The position numbers and the translations under genes are program-made. Shown here piece after piece: positions 27,213 to 36,963 of a stretch of DNA of 64,000 bases. Source of the stretch: Myxococcota bacterium (GTDB lineage Bacteria; Myxococcota_A; UBA796; CAJQPC01); the NCBI GenBank assembly GCA_036012755.1, contig DASCPX010000129.1:128001-192000 (forward strand), read 5' to 3'. Within the stretch, counting starts at the first letter, position 1, and every line of letters begins with the position of its first letter. A model generated the notes under the pieces. That model was not told where the DNA came from. It did no database searches and saw nothing but the letters and a program-made list of their open reading frames with translations.

Positions 27213-28117
27213 AGAAGACCATCGCTTTTCTGATGCTCTTCGTCGGGCTCGGCGTCGCGGCTGCGTCGGGCTCGCGGAACGGAGAGAGCCACGCGGCCTA
27301 CCGGATCGCGCTCACGGAACTCCCAGGGGTCGAGGCCTCCTTCGTCGAAGTCGAGGCCCAGGCCACCGGCATCGAGGAGGAGGAGGAGCAACTTCGAGAG
27401 GATGTCTTCCAGATCCAGGCCGCCTGGCGGGCCGAGGACGACGCCGAGCGGACCCTCGCCGAGGAAGAGGGCCGCGAGTTCGTGGCCCCGGAGCGAGAGG
27501 ACCCCTTCACCGCGCGACGCGAGGATCTCGCTGCCCGAAGTGCGGACGTCATGCAGCGCTACGACGAGCTCGCCGAGCGCAAGGCGACCCTGGAAGCGGC
27601 CTCCCTGCCCGAGCCCGCCCAGCGGCTGTCCGAGTGGTTCGCGGTCGGAGGTGTCGGCTGGATCGTCGGCCTGGTCTTGATCGCGGCGGGCGCCGTGCTC
27701 GCGCGGCGACAGATCGAGGCGGAGAATCGAGGAGAGACCACGGGAAGCGACGAAGACTCCGTCGACTTCCTCGTGAACCTCCAGAAGGTCCAGGAGCGCC
27801 TCGAGAAGCTCAGCGAGGACATCGCGGAGCTGCCGATGGACGATGACGCCCCGGCGGCCCGCCAGTTCATCGACGACACTTTCGACGAGCTGATCATGCC
27901 CATAGTCGACGCTCGCGGCCGCTACTCGGCTCGTCACGGCGTCGGGGTCTTCGCCAGCTACTTCGGCGCTTTTGCCGGCGGGGAGCGCAACCTCTCCCGC
28001 ACCTGGTCCGCCCTCACCGACGGCCACGCGGAGGAGGCGCGGGCCTCTCTGGTCAAGGCGCGTGACGCCTTCGCGGAGGCTGAAGACGCCTGGAACGAGG
28101 CCGAGGCCAAGGGCTAG
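27209..28117 (+). CDS. Hypothetical 2-TM protein with acidic coiled-coil loop, coupled to OPT
   Basis: GTGA overlap with the OPT stop; MKKTIAFLMLF...; second TM GWIVGLVLIAAGAVL; FAGGERNLSRTWSALTDGH. Confidence 0.75.
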   Translation: MKKTIAFLMLFVGLGVAAASGSRNGESHAAYRIALTELPGVEASFVEVEAQATGIEEEEEQLREDVFQIQAAWRAEDDAERTLAEEEGREFVAPEREDPFTARREDLAARSADVMQRYDELAERKATLEAASLPEPAQRLSEWFAVGGVGWIVGLVLIAAGAVLARRQIEAENRGETTGSDEDSVDFLVNLQKVQERLEKLSEDIAELPMDDDAPAARQFIDDTFDELIMPIVDARGRYSARHGVGVFASYFGAFAGGERNLSRTWSALTDGHAEEARASLVKARDAFAEAEDAWNEAEAKG

Positions 28118-29085
28118 AAGCAGCTCCCCCACTGCCGGCCTGGTGCGTCGGACTCGACCGGGGGGAGCGTATCGAGCACCCTGGCGAGCCTCTCCGTGAT
28201 GAGCGTCCGACCCTGGCGAGTGGCGTGCCAGTCACGGCTCAACGAGTCCGCCGGCAGCGTCTCGGTGCTGAAGTCGACGAGGTCGACGGGCTGCTCCGAC
28301 CACCAGGCCCGGGTGGGGGCGAGCTCGTCCTCGCAGTGGAAGTCGCCGCGTCCGGCGGGTAGGACGACCACGAGCCGGGCGTTGGCATCGAGGCTCCGTT
28401 GCACCAACAGCGGCATCAGGCTCTCGTCCAACGAAGCCCGGGTCGGCCAGGGCTCCGGGGCCGGCTCCCGTCCGACGGGGTCTTCCAACAGGCGAGGCGC
28501 CTCGTTCGGGCCGATCTCCTCGGCGAAGAGGCGCTCCGTGGCGGGCCCCACGATCGGCCCTTCCTTGTGCAGACCGAGGATTGCCTCGGCCGGCGTGTTC
28601 GCGATGCCCTCGACGACCTGCCGTCGCAGGGACACCCGGTTCCGCAGGGCGAGCTGCAGGGCGGCGTTGTCATCGGGCAGAGCCCGCCCCGTGAGCTCCG
28701 GATCTGCGCTGCTGAGGAGTTGCAGGAGCGCCTCCTGGTCGTCCGGATCGTCGAGCACCACGTCGTCCATGCTCTGGGGCGAGACATAGAGCACGACACG
28801 GTCGAGGTCCCGGGCCCTCTGCAGGACCGCGATCCAGTGCGCGGGGCTGGCGCCGCTGACGGATCCAGCGGTGGCGCCGAGGGTCCGGGGATCGAGGCCC
28901 GCCTGGGTCACGGAGTTGCCGATCAGCAGGACGGGAGCTGGCCCCTCGAGGCGGCCGATCAGGGGCCCGGTCCTGGGGCTGGTCGGCGTGTCGACCCCCT
29001 GAAGCAACATCGCGCCGATCCCTACCACCAGGAGCGGCAGCCCGACCGACAGGGCGATCTCAGAAGCGGAAGTAGATGAAGTCAC
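28114..29085 (-). CDS. SGNH-like/DltD-like partner of MBOAT acyltransferase
   Basis: N-terminal TM; VLLIGNS block I and DWH block V; overlaps the MBOAT gene end; exact start uncertain. Confidence 0.65.
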   Translation of the reverse strand: MTSSTSASEIALSVGLPLLVVGIGAMLLQGVDTPTSPRTGPLIGRLEGPAPVLLIGNSVTQAGLDPRTLGATAGSVSGASPAHWIAVLQRARDLDRVVLYVSPQSMDDVVLDDPDDQEALLQLLSSADPELTGRALPDDNAALQLALRNRVSLRRQVVEGIANTPAEAILGLHKEGPIVGPATERLFAEEIGPNEAPRLLEDPVGREPAPEPWPTRASLDESLMPLLVQRSLDANARLVVVLPAGRGDFHCEDELAPTRAWWSEQPVDLVDFSTETLPADSLSRDWHATRQGRTLITERLARVLDTLPPVESDAPGRQWGSCF

Positions 29086-30451
29086 GTGCCGTGTCGCGGG
29101 AGAAGAGGAAGATGGCGAAGACCGCCAGGCCCCAGAGCGTGGTCACCACGGGGGTCAGGTGAGGGCGGGCCCAGAGCCGGCGCAGCCAGCGGCCGCCCTC
29201 GCTGCCACAGAGCAGCACCAGTCCGCCGCCGGCGCTGATCGAGAGCACGACGACGGCGCCGACGAGCTCCTCCCACGAGCCGGCGAAGGGGTTCCGTACG
29301 AGGTGGCCGGCCAGGGCCGGGAGTGAGGTCTCTCGGAAGATCAGCCAGCCGACGCAGGTGAAGAAGAACATCGACACCACCGCCGACATCCTGCCGAAGC
29401 GACTGGCGACAACGGCGGCCGGCACGCGCCTCGAGAGGCTGCGGTAGAGCATCAACAGCGCAGCGTGGTAGCCGCCCCAGATGACGAAATGCCAGGCGGC
29501 GCCATGCCAGAGTCCGGACAACAACAGCGCCCCGCTGGTCGCCAGCGCGGTGCGCATCGGGCCCCGGCGGGAGCCTCCGAAGGGCACGTAGACGTACTCG
29601 TGGATCCAGGACGAGAGCGAGATGTGCCAGCGCTTCCAGAAGTCCGAGGGGCTGGTCGCACGGTAGGGGTTGTCGAAGTTCCGGCGCAGCTCGAAACCCA
29701 GCATGCGGGCCGTTCCGCGGGCGATGTCCGTGTAGCCGCTGAAGTCCGCCAGGATCTGCACGGCGAAGCCGATGGTCGCGGCGTGCACCAGCCAGCCTCC
29801 AGGCTCCTCCATCGCGAAGACCCGGTCGGCGTAGAGGCCCACCGTGTCTGCCACCACGACCTTCTGCACCGCTCCCCAGAGCGCCAGCGTCAACCCGCTC
29901 GCGAAGCGCTCGCCCGACAGCTTCCGCGGGCTCTCGACCTGTGGCAACAAGTCTCGAGCGCGCTCGATGGGCCCCGCGACGAGCTGCGGGAACATGCAGA
30001 CGTAGGTCGCGTAGTCCAGCAGATCCCGGCGCGGCTCGACCTTTCCCCGGTAGACATCGAAGGTGTACGACATCGTCTGGAAGGTGAAGAAGCTGATGCC
30101 CACCGGCAGCAGGATGCCCAGCGTGCTCGGCGTGCCGAGGCCCAGGGCGGCGACGTTCTCGAGGAAGAAGTCGAAGTACTTGAAGACACCGAGCAGACCG
30201 AGGTTTCCGGTCAGGCTCAGGGCCAGCAGCCACCTCTTGTGGTCCGGGTGGCGCCCCATCGCAAGGCCCACCCCGTAGTCGAGGAAGGTCGAGAACAGGA
30301 TGAGCAGGACGAACCAGGGGTGGACCCAGCCGTAGAAGACCAGCGACGCCGACAGCAGCACCGCGTTCTGGGCGCGTCGGTGGCGGACCCCCCAGAAGAC
30401 GACCAGGACGGCGGCGAAGAAGACAGGGAACTGCCACTGGACGAAGCTCAC
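29060..30451 (-). CDS. MBOAT family O-acyltransferase (AlgI/PatA-like)
   Basis: LPVGISFFTFQ, FPQLVAGPI, DFSGYTD, FWKRWHISLS and GLWHGA (catalytic His) motifs. Confidence 0.95.
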   Translation of the reverse strand: MSFVQWQFPVFFAAVLVVFWGVRHRRAQNAVLLSASLVFYGWVHPWFVLLILFSTFLDYGVGLAMGRHPDHKRWLLALSLTGNLGLLGVFKYFDFFLENVAALGLGTPSTLGILLPVGISFFTFQTMSYTFDVYRGKVEPRRDLLDYATYVCMFPQLVAGPIERARDLLPQVESPRKLSGERFASGLTLALWGAVQKVVVADTVGLYADRVFAMEEPGGWLVHAATIGFAVQILADFSGYTDIARGTARMLGFELRRNFDNPYRATSPSDFWKRWHISLSSWIHEYVYVPFGGSRRGPMRTALATSGALLLSGLWHGAAWHFVIWGGYHAALLMLYRSLSRRVPAAVVASRFGRMSAVVSMFFFTCVGWLIFRETSLPALAGHLVRNPFAGSWEELVGAVVVLSISAGGGLVLLCGSEGGRWLRRLWARPHLTPVVTTLWGLAVFAIFLFSRDTARDFIYFRF

Positions 30452-30496
30452 GCGGCGCCAGACTACTCCGGGCCGGGCGCTCTCCCGATTGCGCGT

Positions 30497-31012
30497 CTAC
30501 TCGTCGTCGCTCGGGCGTGCTCCCGCGTGCTTCCACCACTCCTCGATATTGCCAAGGTGGCGCTGGAACGCGAACGCCCCTGTGGCCAGGAGCAAGTCGG
30601 TGTAGTGGAGGTGGGACGTGAAGTCCGGCAGCCCCTGAGTCAGCCCCCAGAATGACCACTGTTCGGATCTGCTCGATCCGGCGAACTACCCGAATCTGGT
30701 CGGAGCCCGCGAGTAGGAGCGCTGTCTGCCAGCAGCCGAACAGGCTCCAGACCATCCAACCAACGCAAAGAGCAACCACCGCCTCCTGGGGCCACGCTCG
30801 GATGGAGTCTTCGATGTCGATGTCCCCTGGCGCGCCTGTTGCGAGCACCCACGCGCCCTCGAACCCCAGAGCATCAGAAACCAGGGGAAGACGAGCACGC
30901 GCGCGAGAACCAACCACCTCCACCCATCGAGCAGGGCGAACCGCTGGGCCCGTCGCTCGGGCTCCCGGAACCGTGCGACTGTCAAGAGGTGCGTGTGGAA
31001 GCGTGTCAGCAC
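30497..31012 (-). pseudogene. Small membrane protein split over three frames
   Basis: GTG 31012 lies 6 nt after TAGCGT. Hydrophobic segments continue across shifts at G-runs ~30864-30867 and ~30644-30648, ending ...WWKHAGARPSDDE* at 30497. Confidence 0.45.
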
Positions 31013-31184
31013 ACGACGACGCTACATAGTGCCGGATGGCAGTCCGTCAAGATGGCCGGTCTGCGGTGATCCGGCGGTCGAGGGACATGATCAGCAGTGG
31101 CCTTCCCGCGTGGGGTGAGTTCGTTAAGGAAGCCATCTTCTGCCAGGTGCCGAACCGACAACACCACGAGGTGTCTCTCTCAGC

Positions 31185-31766
31185 ATGTTCATAGCACTCA
31201 TTTCCTTGGTTCACTCCGCCGAGCCTGCCCTCGCCGACGGAGATCTCGTCTTCCAGCGCTCCCGCTCGGACCAGGCCGCGGCCATCGCGCTCGCGACCGG
31301 GTCGCCGTGGACCCACATGGGCGTAGTCTTCCTCGTCGACGGCGAGCCGATGGTGCTCGAGGCCGTCCAGCCGGTGAAGTGGACACCCTATTCGGCGTGG
31401 GTGGCTCGAGGAGTCGACGGCGAGGTCCACGTGAAGCGGCTGAAGGAGCCACCGGACGCCGAACAGATCGCGGCCATGCGGACCCTCGGCGAGTCCTGGG
31501 TGGGCCTCGACTACGACCTCGCCTTCGGCTGGAGCGACGATCGGATGTACTGCTCGGAGCTCGCGTGGAAGCTCTACGACCGAGGCGCCGACGAGCAGGT
31601 CGGTGAGCTGGCGCGCTTCGGTGACCACGCGCTGGAGCACCCGGAGGTTCGCCGGAAGCTGGAGCAGCGCTACGGGAAGGACCTGCCCCTCGCGGAGACG
31701 GTCATCAGCCCGGGGGCGATGTACGACGATCCCGATTTGACCCTGGTCCTGCCCAGCGCCGAGTAG
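31185..31766 (+). CDS. YiiX/YebB-like permuted papain (NlpC/P60) amidase
   Basis: GDLVFQ, THMG (His), YDLAF and MYCSEL (Cys) motifs; short signal MFIALISLVHSA. Confidence 0.92.
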   Translation: MFIALISLVHSAEPALADGDLVFQRSRSDQAAAIALATGSPWTHMGVVFLVDGEPMVLEAVQPVKWTPYSAWVARGVDGEVHVKRLKEPPDAEQIAAMRTLGESWVGLDYDLAFGWSDDRMYCSELAWKLYDRGADEQVGELARFGDHALEHPEVRRKLEQRYGKDLPLAETVISPGAMYDDPDLTLVLPSAE

Positions 31767-31769
31767 GCG

Positions 31770-32210
31770 CTACCAGCGGGGGCGACCCGGCACGCCGCCG
31801 ACGTACTCCGCGCTGTGGCCTTGGAAGCTGCTGACGATCGGGGTCGAGGCCAGGCCCCCCCAGGTGCGCGCGACGGGGACCAGCAGCAGGGCGGCGAGGG
31901 TGGCCAGGGCCAGCCATGAGCGCCGCTTCGCGGGGCGCCAGCCCTTGTGGACTGCGCGCAGACCCATCGCGACGACACAGGCCCCGTTGAGGTGTTCGTG
32001 AACCCGTCGCCCGAAGACCCCAAGGGCGAGCACGTGACCGGCGAGGTTCAAGCGTGCGCGGTTGGTAACAGCGATGAACGCGAGCGCGGCGATGGCCGGG
32101 ATCGGGTCTACGACCCAGTGGCCCGCGGGTTCGTAGAGGAAGCAGCCGCCGGGACGGCTGACGATCGCGAGTGAGTCTGTCCACTCCCACCAAAGGTATG
32201 AGGGTCCCAT
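31770..32210 (-). CDS. Hypothetical membrane protein (possibly a fragment)
   Basis: Fills the gap between flanking genes; several hydrophobic segments; no family recognised. Confidence 0.35.
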   Translation of the reverse strand: MGPSYLWWEWTDSLAIVSRPGGCFLYEPAGHWVVDPIPAIAALAFIAVTNRARLNLAGHVLALGVFGRRVHEHLNGACVVAMGLRAVHKGWRPAKRRSWLALATLAALLLVPVARTWGGLASTPIVSSFQGHSAEYVGGVPGRPRW

Positions 32211-32272
32211 GTGCCGATCGACCGCCGGTCTACGATCGGGTTCGACAAGAACGTGTAGAGTCGCCTGGGCCG

Positions 32273-33796
32273 CTACCCCTGGAACTCCTGCGAGGCCGCC
32301 CTGTCCTTGGCCCGCTGGTTCTTCTGCATCGCGTCCGCGAAGCCCTTCACCATCGAGAGCGAGGGCTTCTCCATGTTGTAGAAGAGGAAGCTGAACAGGT
32401 TGGAAGCTTGTATGTACTTGTAGACGTGACGCCAGTGCTCGATACCCTCGAGGTGCCGGGCGAGGGTCACCGGCCGGAAGTAGAACTCCCGGTAGAACTG
32501 CCGGTGGTACTCGATGATGTCTTCACTCTCGAGGCCCCAGGGCACGAAGGTCGGCTCCCAGAAGCTGTTCTCAGAGGTCGTCTCGCTGATGACCCGACCC
32601 CACTTGCTGCCTTCGCGCAGCCAGACCTCCATCTGTGGGGTCTGGGGCAACAGCGTGTTGATCTGGACCGTCACGTCGTGGAGAGGGATCGACTTGGCGA
32701 ACTCTATCGTCTCGCGGATCGTGTCATGTGTGTCCGGCATGTGGCCGACCATGAAGAAGGCCTTGGGGCGCAGGCCGACCTCGTGAGCCCAGGTGATGGC
32801 GTTGCGGATCTTCTCCTTCGTGATGCCCTTGGAGATGAACTCGAGGACCTCGTCGGAGCCGCTCTCGATGCCGAAGCGGGTGCGCCAGCAGCCGGCGTCC
32901 TTCATCCGCTGGAGCATCTCCCTGTCGACGACCTCGACTCGGGAGGAGCAGGTCCAGCTGACCCTCACCCCGCGCCGGATGATCTCGTCACAGATCTTCA
33001 ACACGCGGCGCTTGTTGGCGCAGAAGAGCGAGTCGACGAAGGCGATGTCCTGGACGCCGAAGTCCCGGACCAGGTGCTCGATCTCGTCCACGATGGCCCT
33101 GGGATCCCTGGAGCGGTATCCGCTTCGGGACTTTTGGCAGAAGGCGCAGGCGTGCGGGCAGCCGCGTGAGGTGACCATCGCGAACTTGGGCATCGCGTGC
33201 TCGTCGACGGGCACGGGTTTGTAGAGATTTGGCGGGAGCAGGTGGCGGGACGGAAAGGGAAACTCGTCCAGCTTTCGGAAGGTCTTTCTGTGTGGCGTGT
33301 GGTGGATGGTGCCGTCATCGAGTCTGTAGACAATGCCTTCGATGCTGTCGGCTGTCCGTAGACCCTTGTAGAAGTCCACGACGTCACACATCGTGTGCTC
33401 GCCCTCGTGGATGACCCCGATGTCGAAGCACTCGTGCTCCATCGCCTCGTCGGGGAGCAGCGTGACGTGGTAGCCACCGAGCACGATCGGCACCTCGGGC
33501 AGGGCCTGCTTCAGCTTCTCGGCGAGCTCTATGGCGCCGTCGAAGACCACCGTGGTGCTGCCGATTCCGATGACGTCGGGCCTGAAGTCCCTGATGCGCC
33601 GGACGGTGGCGGGGATGTCGAGCTTCTCTGCAGCGGCGTCGATGCAGGCGAGGGTCTCTCCGCGGCGCTCCAGCACGGCGGCGATGTAGAGCAGGCCCAG
33701 GGGCGCCGAGTTGTAGAACAGGTAGGAGGTGACGGGGTCGACGTTCCCGTCGCGCAGCACCGAATCGAGCGGCGGGTTGATCAGGATGATGCGCAA
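32273..33796 (-). CDS. Cobalamin-binding radical SAM protein
   Basis: RIILINPP, PLGLLYIAA, GGYH, HEGE, SRGCPHACAFC and FGIESG motifs; start may be 33796 or 33823. Confidence 0.9.
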   Translation of the reverse strand: MRIILINPPLDSVLRDGNVDPVTSYLFYNSAPLGLLYIAAVLERRGETLACIDAAAEKLDIPATVRRIRDFRPDVIGIGSTTVVFDGAIELAEKLKQALPEVPIVLGGYHVTLLPDEAMEHECFDIGVIHEGEHTMCDVVDFYKGLRTADSIEGIVYRLDDGTIHHTPHRKTFRKLDEFPFPSRHLLPPNLYKPVPVDEHAMPKFAMVTSRGCPHACAFCQKSRSGYRSRDPRAIVDEIEHLVRDFGVQDIAFVDSLFCANKRRVLKICDEIIRRGVRVSWTCSSRVEVVDREMLQRMKDAGCWRTRFGIESGSDEVLEFISKGITKEKIRNAITWAHEVGLRPKAFFMVGHMPDTHDTIRETIEFAKSIPLHDVTVQINTLLPQTPQMEVWLREGSKWGRVISETTSENSFWEPTFVPWGLESEDIIEYHRQFYREFYFRPVTLARHLEGIEHWRHVYKYIQASNLFSFLFYNMEKPSLSMVKGFADAMQKNQRAKDRAASQEFQG

Positions 33797-33863
33797 CGGG
33801 GGGCCTCCGAGGGAGCTGAGCATAGCGCTCGCCACCGAGTGTTAGGGTCCCCCACCACGGAGG

Positions 33864-34406
33864 TTGCAGCTGGCCGGGCCCGACGTCTTCAGCGACATGT
33901 TGGTTGGGACTGAGCGGATCGTCGCCGTGCTCGGTGCTCCGGGTACCACCCGCGACAAGAAGGTCACCTGGTGGCAGGTCGCGCTCACCGAGTACCGCGT
34001 CCTGGTCGTGCGCATGTCCAGCGAGGAGGGCAAGACCTGGCACACGGAGGTGCGGTGGGCAAAGGACCGGCCCGCCATCGGTGTCGCCCAGTACCCCCGG
34101 GCGGGCGAGGCTCGCGCACGCCTGGCGATCAGCGGCTTCCCAGAGCCCGTCGTGCTCATGGAGATCGACCAGCCGGACATCCACCCCCACCTCGCGCCCT
34201 TCCTGGTCGCGTGGGGCGCCGAGATCGAGGGTGTTCCAGAGGTCCCCGTGTCGATGGACGCTCCGAAGACAGAGGACGGCAAGACCGACCAGCAGCGGCT
34301 GATGGTCGCGGTCATCGGCGGGCTGGCGTTCATCGTGCTCTGCTGTGGCTGCGGTGGCGTGATGGTCTTCCTCAGAGACAGCATCGTGGCCTTCGTCAGC
34401 GGATGA
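33864..34406 (+). CDS. Hypothetical protein with C-terminal TM (CCGCGG)
   Basis: Biased codons; GGAGG upstream; stop overlaps the next ATG. Confidence 0.65.
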   Translation: MQLAGPDVFSDMLVGTERIVAVLGAPGTTRDKKVTWWQVALTEYRVLVVRMSSEEGKTWHTEVRWAKDRPAIGVAQYPRAGEARARLAISGFPEPVVLMEIDQPDIHPHLAPFLVAWGAEIEGVPEVPVSMDAPKTEDGKTDQQRLMVAVIGGLAFIVLCCGCGGVMVFLRDSIVAFVSG

Positions 34407-35356
34407 AGGACCTGGCGCGCTGGGCCTTCTGGGTGCCCTTCCGCGAACTCCTCGATCCCCACCGTCCCGAGCAGCTTGCTCGGCTCTACCCCCTCTGGCG
34501 CCTGCAATATCGGAGCGGCGGCGCTCAGCGTCAGCTCATGCGCGAGGAGCTCCAGCGCTGCTTCGGGGTCGGCGAGGAGACCGTGCGCGAGGCCTACCGC
34601 GTCGCCTTCCGGGTGCACCTCGAGGAGCTCCTGCTGGGCAAGCTGGACCCCGACACGGTGGGCCTCTACATGCGCTGGGAGGGGCGCGAGAACCTGGACG
34701 CCGCGATGGAGCGCGGGCGCGGGGCGGTCCTCGCGCTGCCCCACGCCGGCAACGTCATGATGATGATCGCGCTGCTGGCGCTGTCCGGCTACCGCTACAC
34801 CCAGTACGCGGCGCGGGGACTGGCGCCAGAGGACGTCGCGCGGGCCAACCCTCGCGAGTTCGGCCACAACCGCTGGCGCACCGCCGTCAGGCAGGCCCGA
34901 GAGGACAACGAGGACCGCCTGCCAGCCTCCTTCCTCACCCTCGATGTCTCGGTGCGCGAGCTCTACCGCCGCCTCGGGCGGAACGAGACCGTCGGGATCG
35001 CGTACGACGGGCGCATCGGGAACAAGTTCGTCCTCTTCGACTACCTCGGCCGGCGGGCGCTGTTGAACCCCGGCCCCTTCCGCATGGCGGCCTCCACTGG
35101 CGCGGCGCTCGTGCCCATGTTCAACGCCTGTCCTGCCGGCGGCCCCAACGTCTGCCACGTCGCCGAGCCGCTGTATGGCAAGGACTGGCGCGACCTCGCC
35201 GAGCGCTTCCTCGCAGTGGCCCAGGCGTGGCTGCGAGCCCACCCAGCCGAGTACGGCATCTGGCTGGCCCACGCCCGCGAGCGCCGAGCGGTGGACGACC
35301 ACCCCTTCTTCGTCGACTACGCCCCTGACGCCCGCTGGCAGAAGTGGCAGGAGTAG
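34403..35356 (+). CDS. Lipid A lauroyl/lysophospholipid acyltransferase family (LpxL-like)
   Basis: EGRENLDAAMERGRGAVLALPHAGN; YLGR...GPFRMAASTGAALVP; HPAEYGIW. Confidence 0.8.
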   Translation: MKDLARWAFWVPFRELLDPHRPEQLARLYPLWRLQYRSGGAQRQLMREELQRCFGVGEETVREAYRVAFRVHLEELLLGKLDPDTVGLYMRWEGRENLDAAMERGRGAVLALPHAGNVMMMIALLALSGYRYTQYAARGLAPEDVARANPREFGHNRWRTAVRQAREDNEDRLPASFLTLDVSVRELYRRLGRNETVGIAYDGRIGNKFVLFDYLGRRALLNPGPFRMAASTGAALVPMFNACPAGGPNVCHVAEPLYGKDWRDLAERFLAVAQAWLRAHPAEYGIWLAHARERRAVDDHPFFVDYAPDARWQKWQE

Positions 35357-35421
35357 GGGTCGGCGAGGTCGACAGCCCCGAGCCAGACGGGACACACTGA
35401 GCCCTTCGAGAGGTAGGACAG

Positions 35422-36959
35422 ATGTGGATCCTCCTGATGGCCTGCAGCCCAGAGTCACAGCCCGAGGTGCTCGGACCCTAGGTCCACCTCGAGCCGGCCG
35501 CAGTGGACTTCGGCTCGTTCTCGGCTGGCACCACCGCCTCCGAGGTCGTCACGCTGCGGAACCTCGGTGACGAGGACCTCGCCATTCTCGATCTTCGCGT
35601 CGACGACCTCGACGCCGGCGTGGACCTCGGCCCGCTCGGCCAGGTCCTGTTGGGGCCAGGCGAGGACACCGACTTCGTCCTCTCCTTCTCTCCGCAGACC
35701 GCCCAGGGGCTCGAGACGCGCCTGTGGGTCGACTCGAACGACCCCGAACGGCCCTCGGTCGAGGTGCCCATCGAGGGTGTCGGCGTCGCACCGATCCTCG
35801 ACGTGGAACCGCTGGAGTACGACTTCGGGACCGTCTACCTGGGCTGCGACCTCAGCCAGATCCTGAGCCTCTCGAACGTCGGCAACGAGGCGCTCTCGAT
35901 CGAGGAGCTCGCCTATGACGGCTCGGAGTTCTCCCTCGCCGAGGTCGAGGAGCTCCCCTGGACGCTGGAGCCCGAACAGCGCGTCGTCGTCGTCGTCGAG
36001 TACTCACCCGAGGAAGTGGGCGAGGCCACCGGCACCCTCACCATCGACAGCAGCGACCCGGCGAGCCCGCTCGAGGCCGTCCAGATGGGCGAGGGCGTTC
36101 TCTACGACGAGAGGACGGACACCTTCCAGCAGGTCCAGGCCACGGAGACCGACATCCTCCTCGCGGTGGACACCACCGGCGGCATGCTGGCGCACCTCTC
36201 CGACATGCGGGATCACTTCGCGGACTTCGTGGGCGCCCTGGAGGGGGTCGACTACCACATCGCCGTCGTGACGAGGGACGACGGCTGCGTGGCCGGCGAC
36301 CAGCCCTACATCGACAGCAGTATGTCCCTGGACGAGCAGGAGACGGTCTTTGCCGCGATGCTCTGCGCTGATGGCTCCGAGGTGGCGTGTGGAGGGGGAG
36401 ACGACGCCGAGCGCGGCTTCATGCTCCTGGAGTCCGCCCTGGACGACTCGAACCTCTCGGGCTGCAACGCCGGCTTCTACCGCGAGGACGCCACGCTCGA
36501 CCTCGTCGGTGTCGCCGATGACCCCGATCAGTCCGACAACGACTACAGCTACTACGTCTCGCTCTTCCAGAGCATGAAGTCGGACCCTGACGACGTCGTC
36601 ATTCACGCCATCGGGGGGGACTACCCGGCCGGTTGTGGGAAGGTGCCCCCTACAGCGGGTTCTTCGAGGCGACGGTCGCCACCGGCGGCCAGCTCCTGAG
36701 CATCTGCACGCCCGACTACGCCGAGCTGATGGACTCCCTGGGTGTCGCCGTTGCCGCGACGGTGTTCACGGACAGCTTCTACCTGACCGGGATCCCGGTG
36801 CCGGCCACCATCGAGGTCGTCGTCGACGACGTCACGGTGACGACCGGCTGGAGCTACGACAGCGACGACAACACAATCGTCTTCGAAGAGCCCCATGTGC
36901 CCGATGCCAACTCCACGATCGAGGTCTCCTACGGGCGCTACGGGGACTGCGACGACTAA
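35422..36959 (+). pseudogene. Choice-of-anchor-D/ASPM-Ig + vWA-like lipoprotein interrupted by TAG and a frameshift
   Basis: MWILLMAC start in frame with the 35503 ORF but TAG at 35479-35481; VDFG...LRNLG and SNDP Ig motifs; DILLAVDTTGGM vWA-like motif; shift at ~36636-36645 into PYSGFFEATVATGG. Confidence 0.8.
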
Positions 36960-36963
36960 GGCA

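Noticed and set aside
17098..33796. B12 radical SAM genes as a RiPP system with the Cys-rich small proteins as precursors
   Set aside because: The small proteins are exported lipoproteins with even Cys counts (disulfides); the SAM enzymes show no SPASM/RRE features and sit with glycosyl- and acyltransferases.
35479..35481. In-frame TAG as evidence of stop-codon recoding or pyrrolysine
   Set aside because: Single case in a gene that is also frameshifted; TAG is the normal terminator of many genes here (thiG, TMTC-like, YiiX-like).
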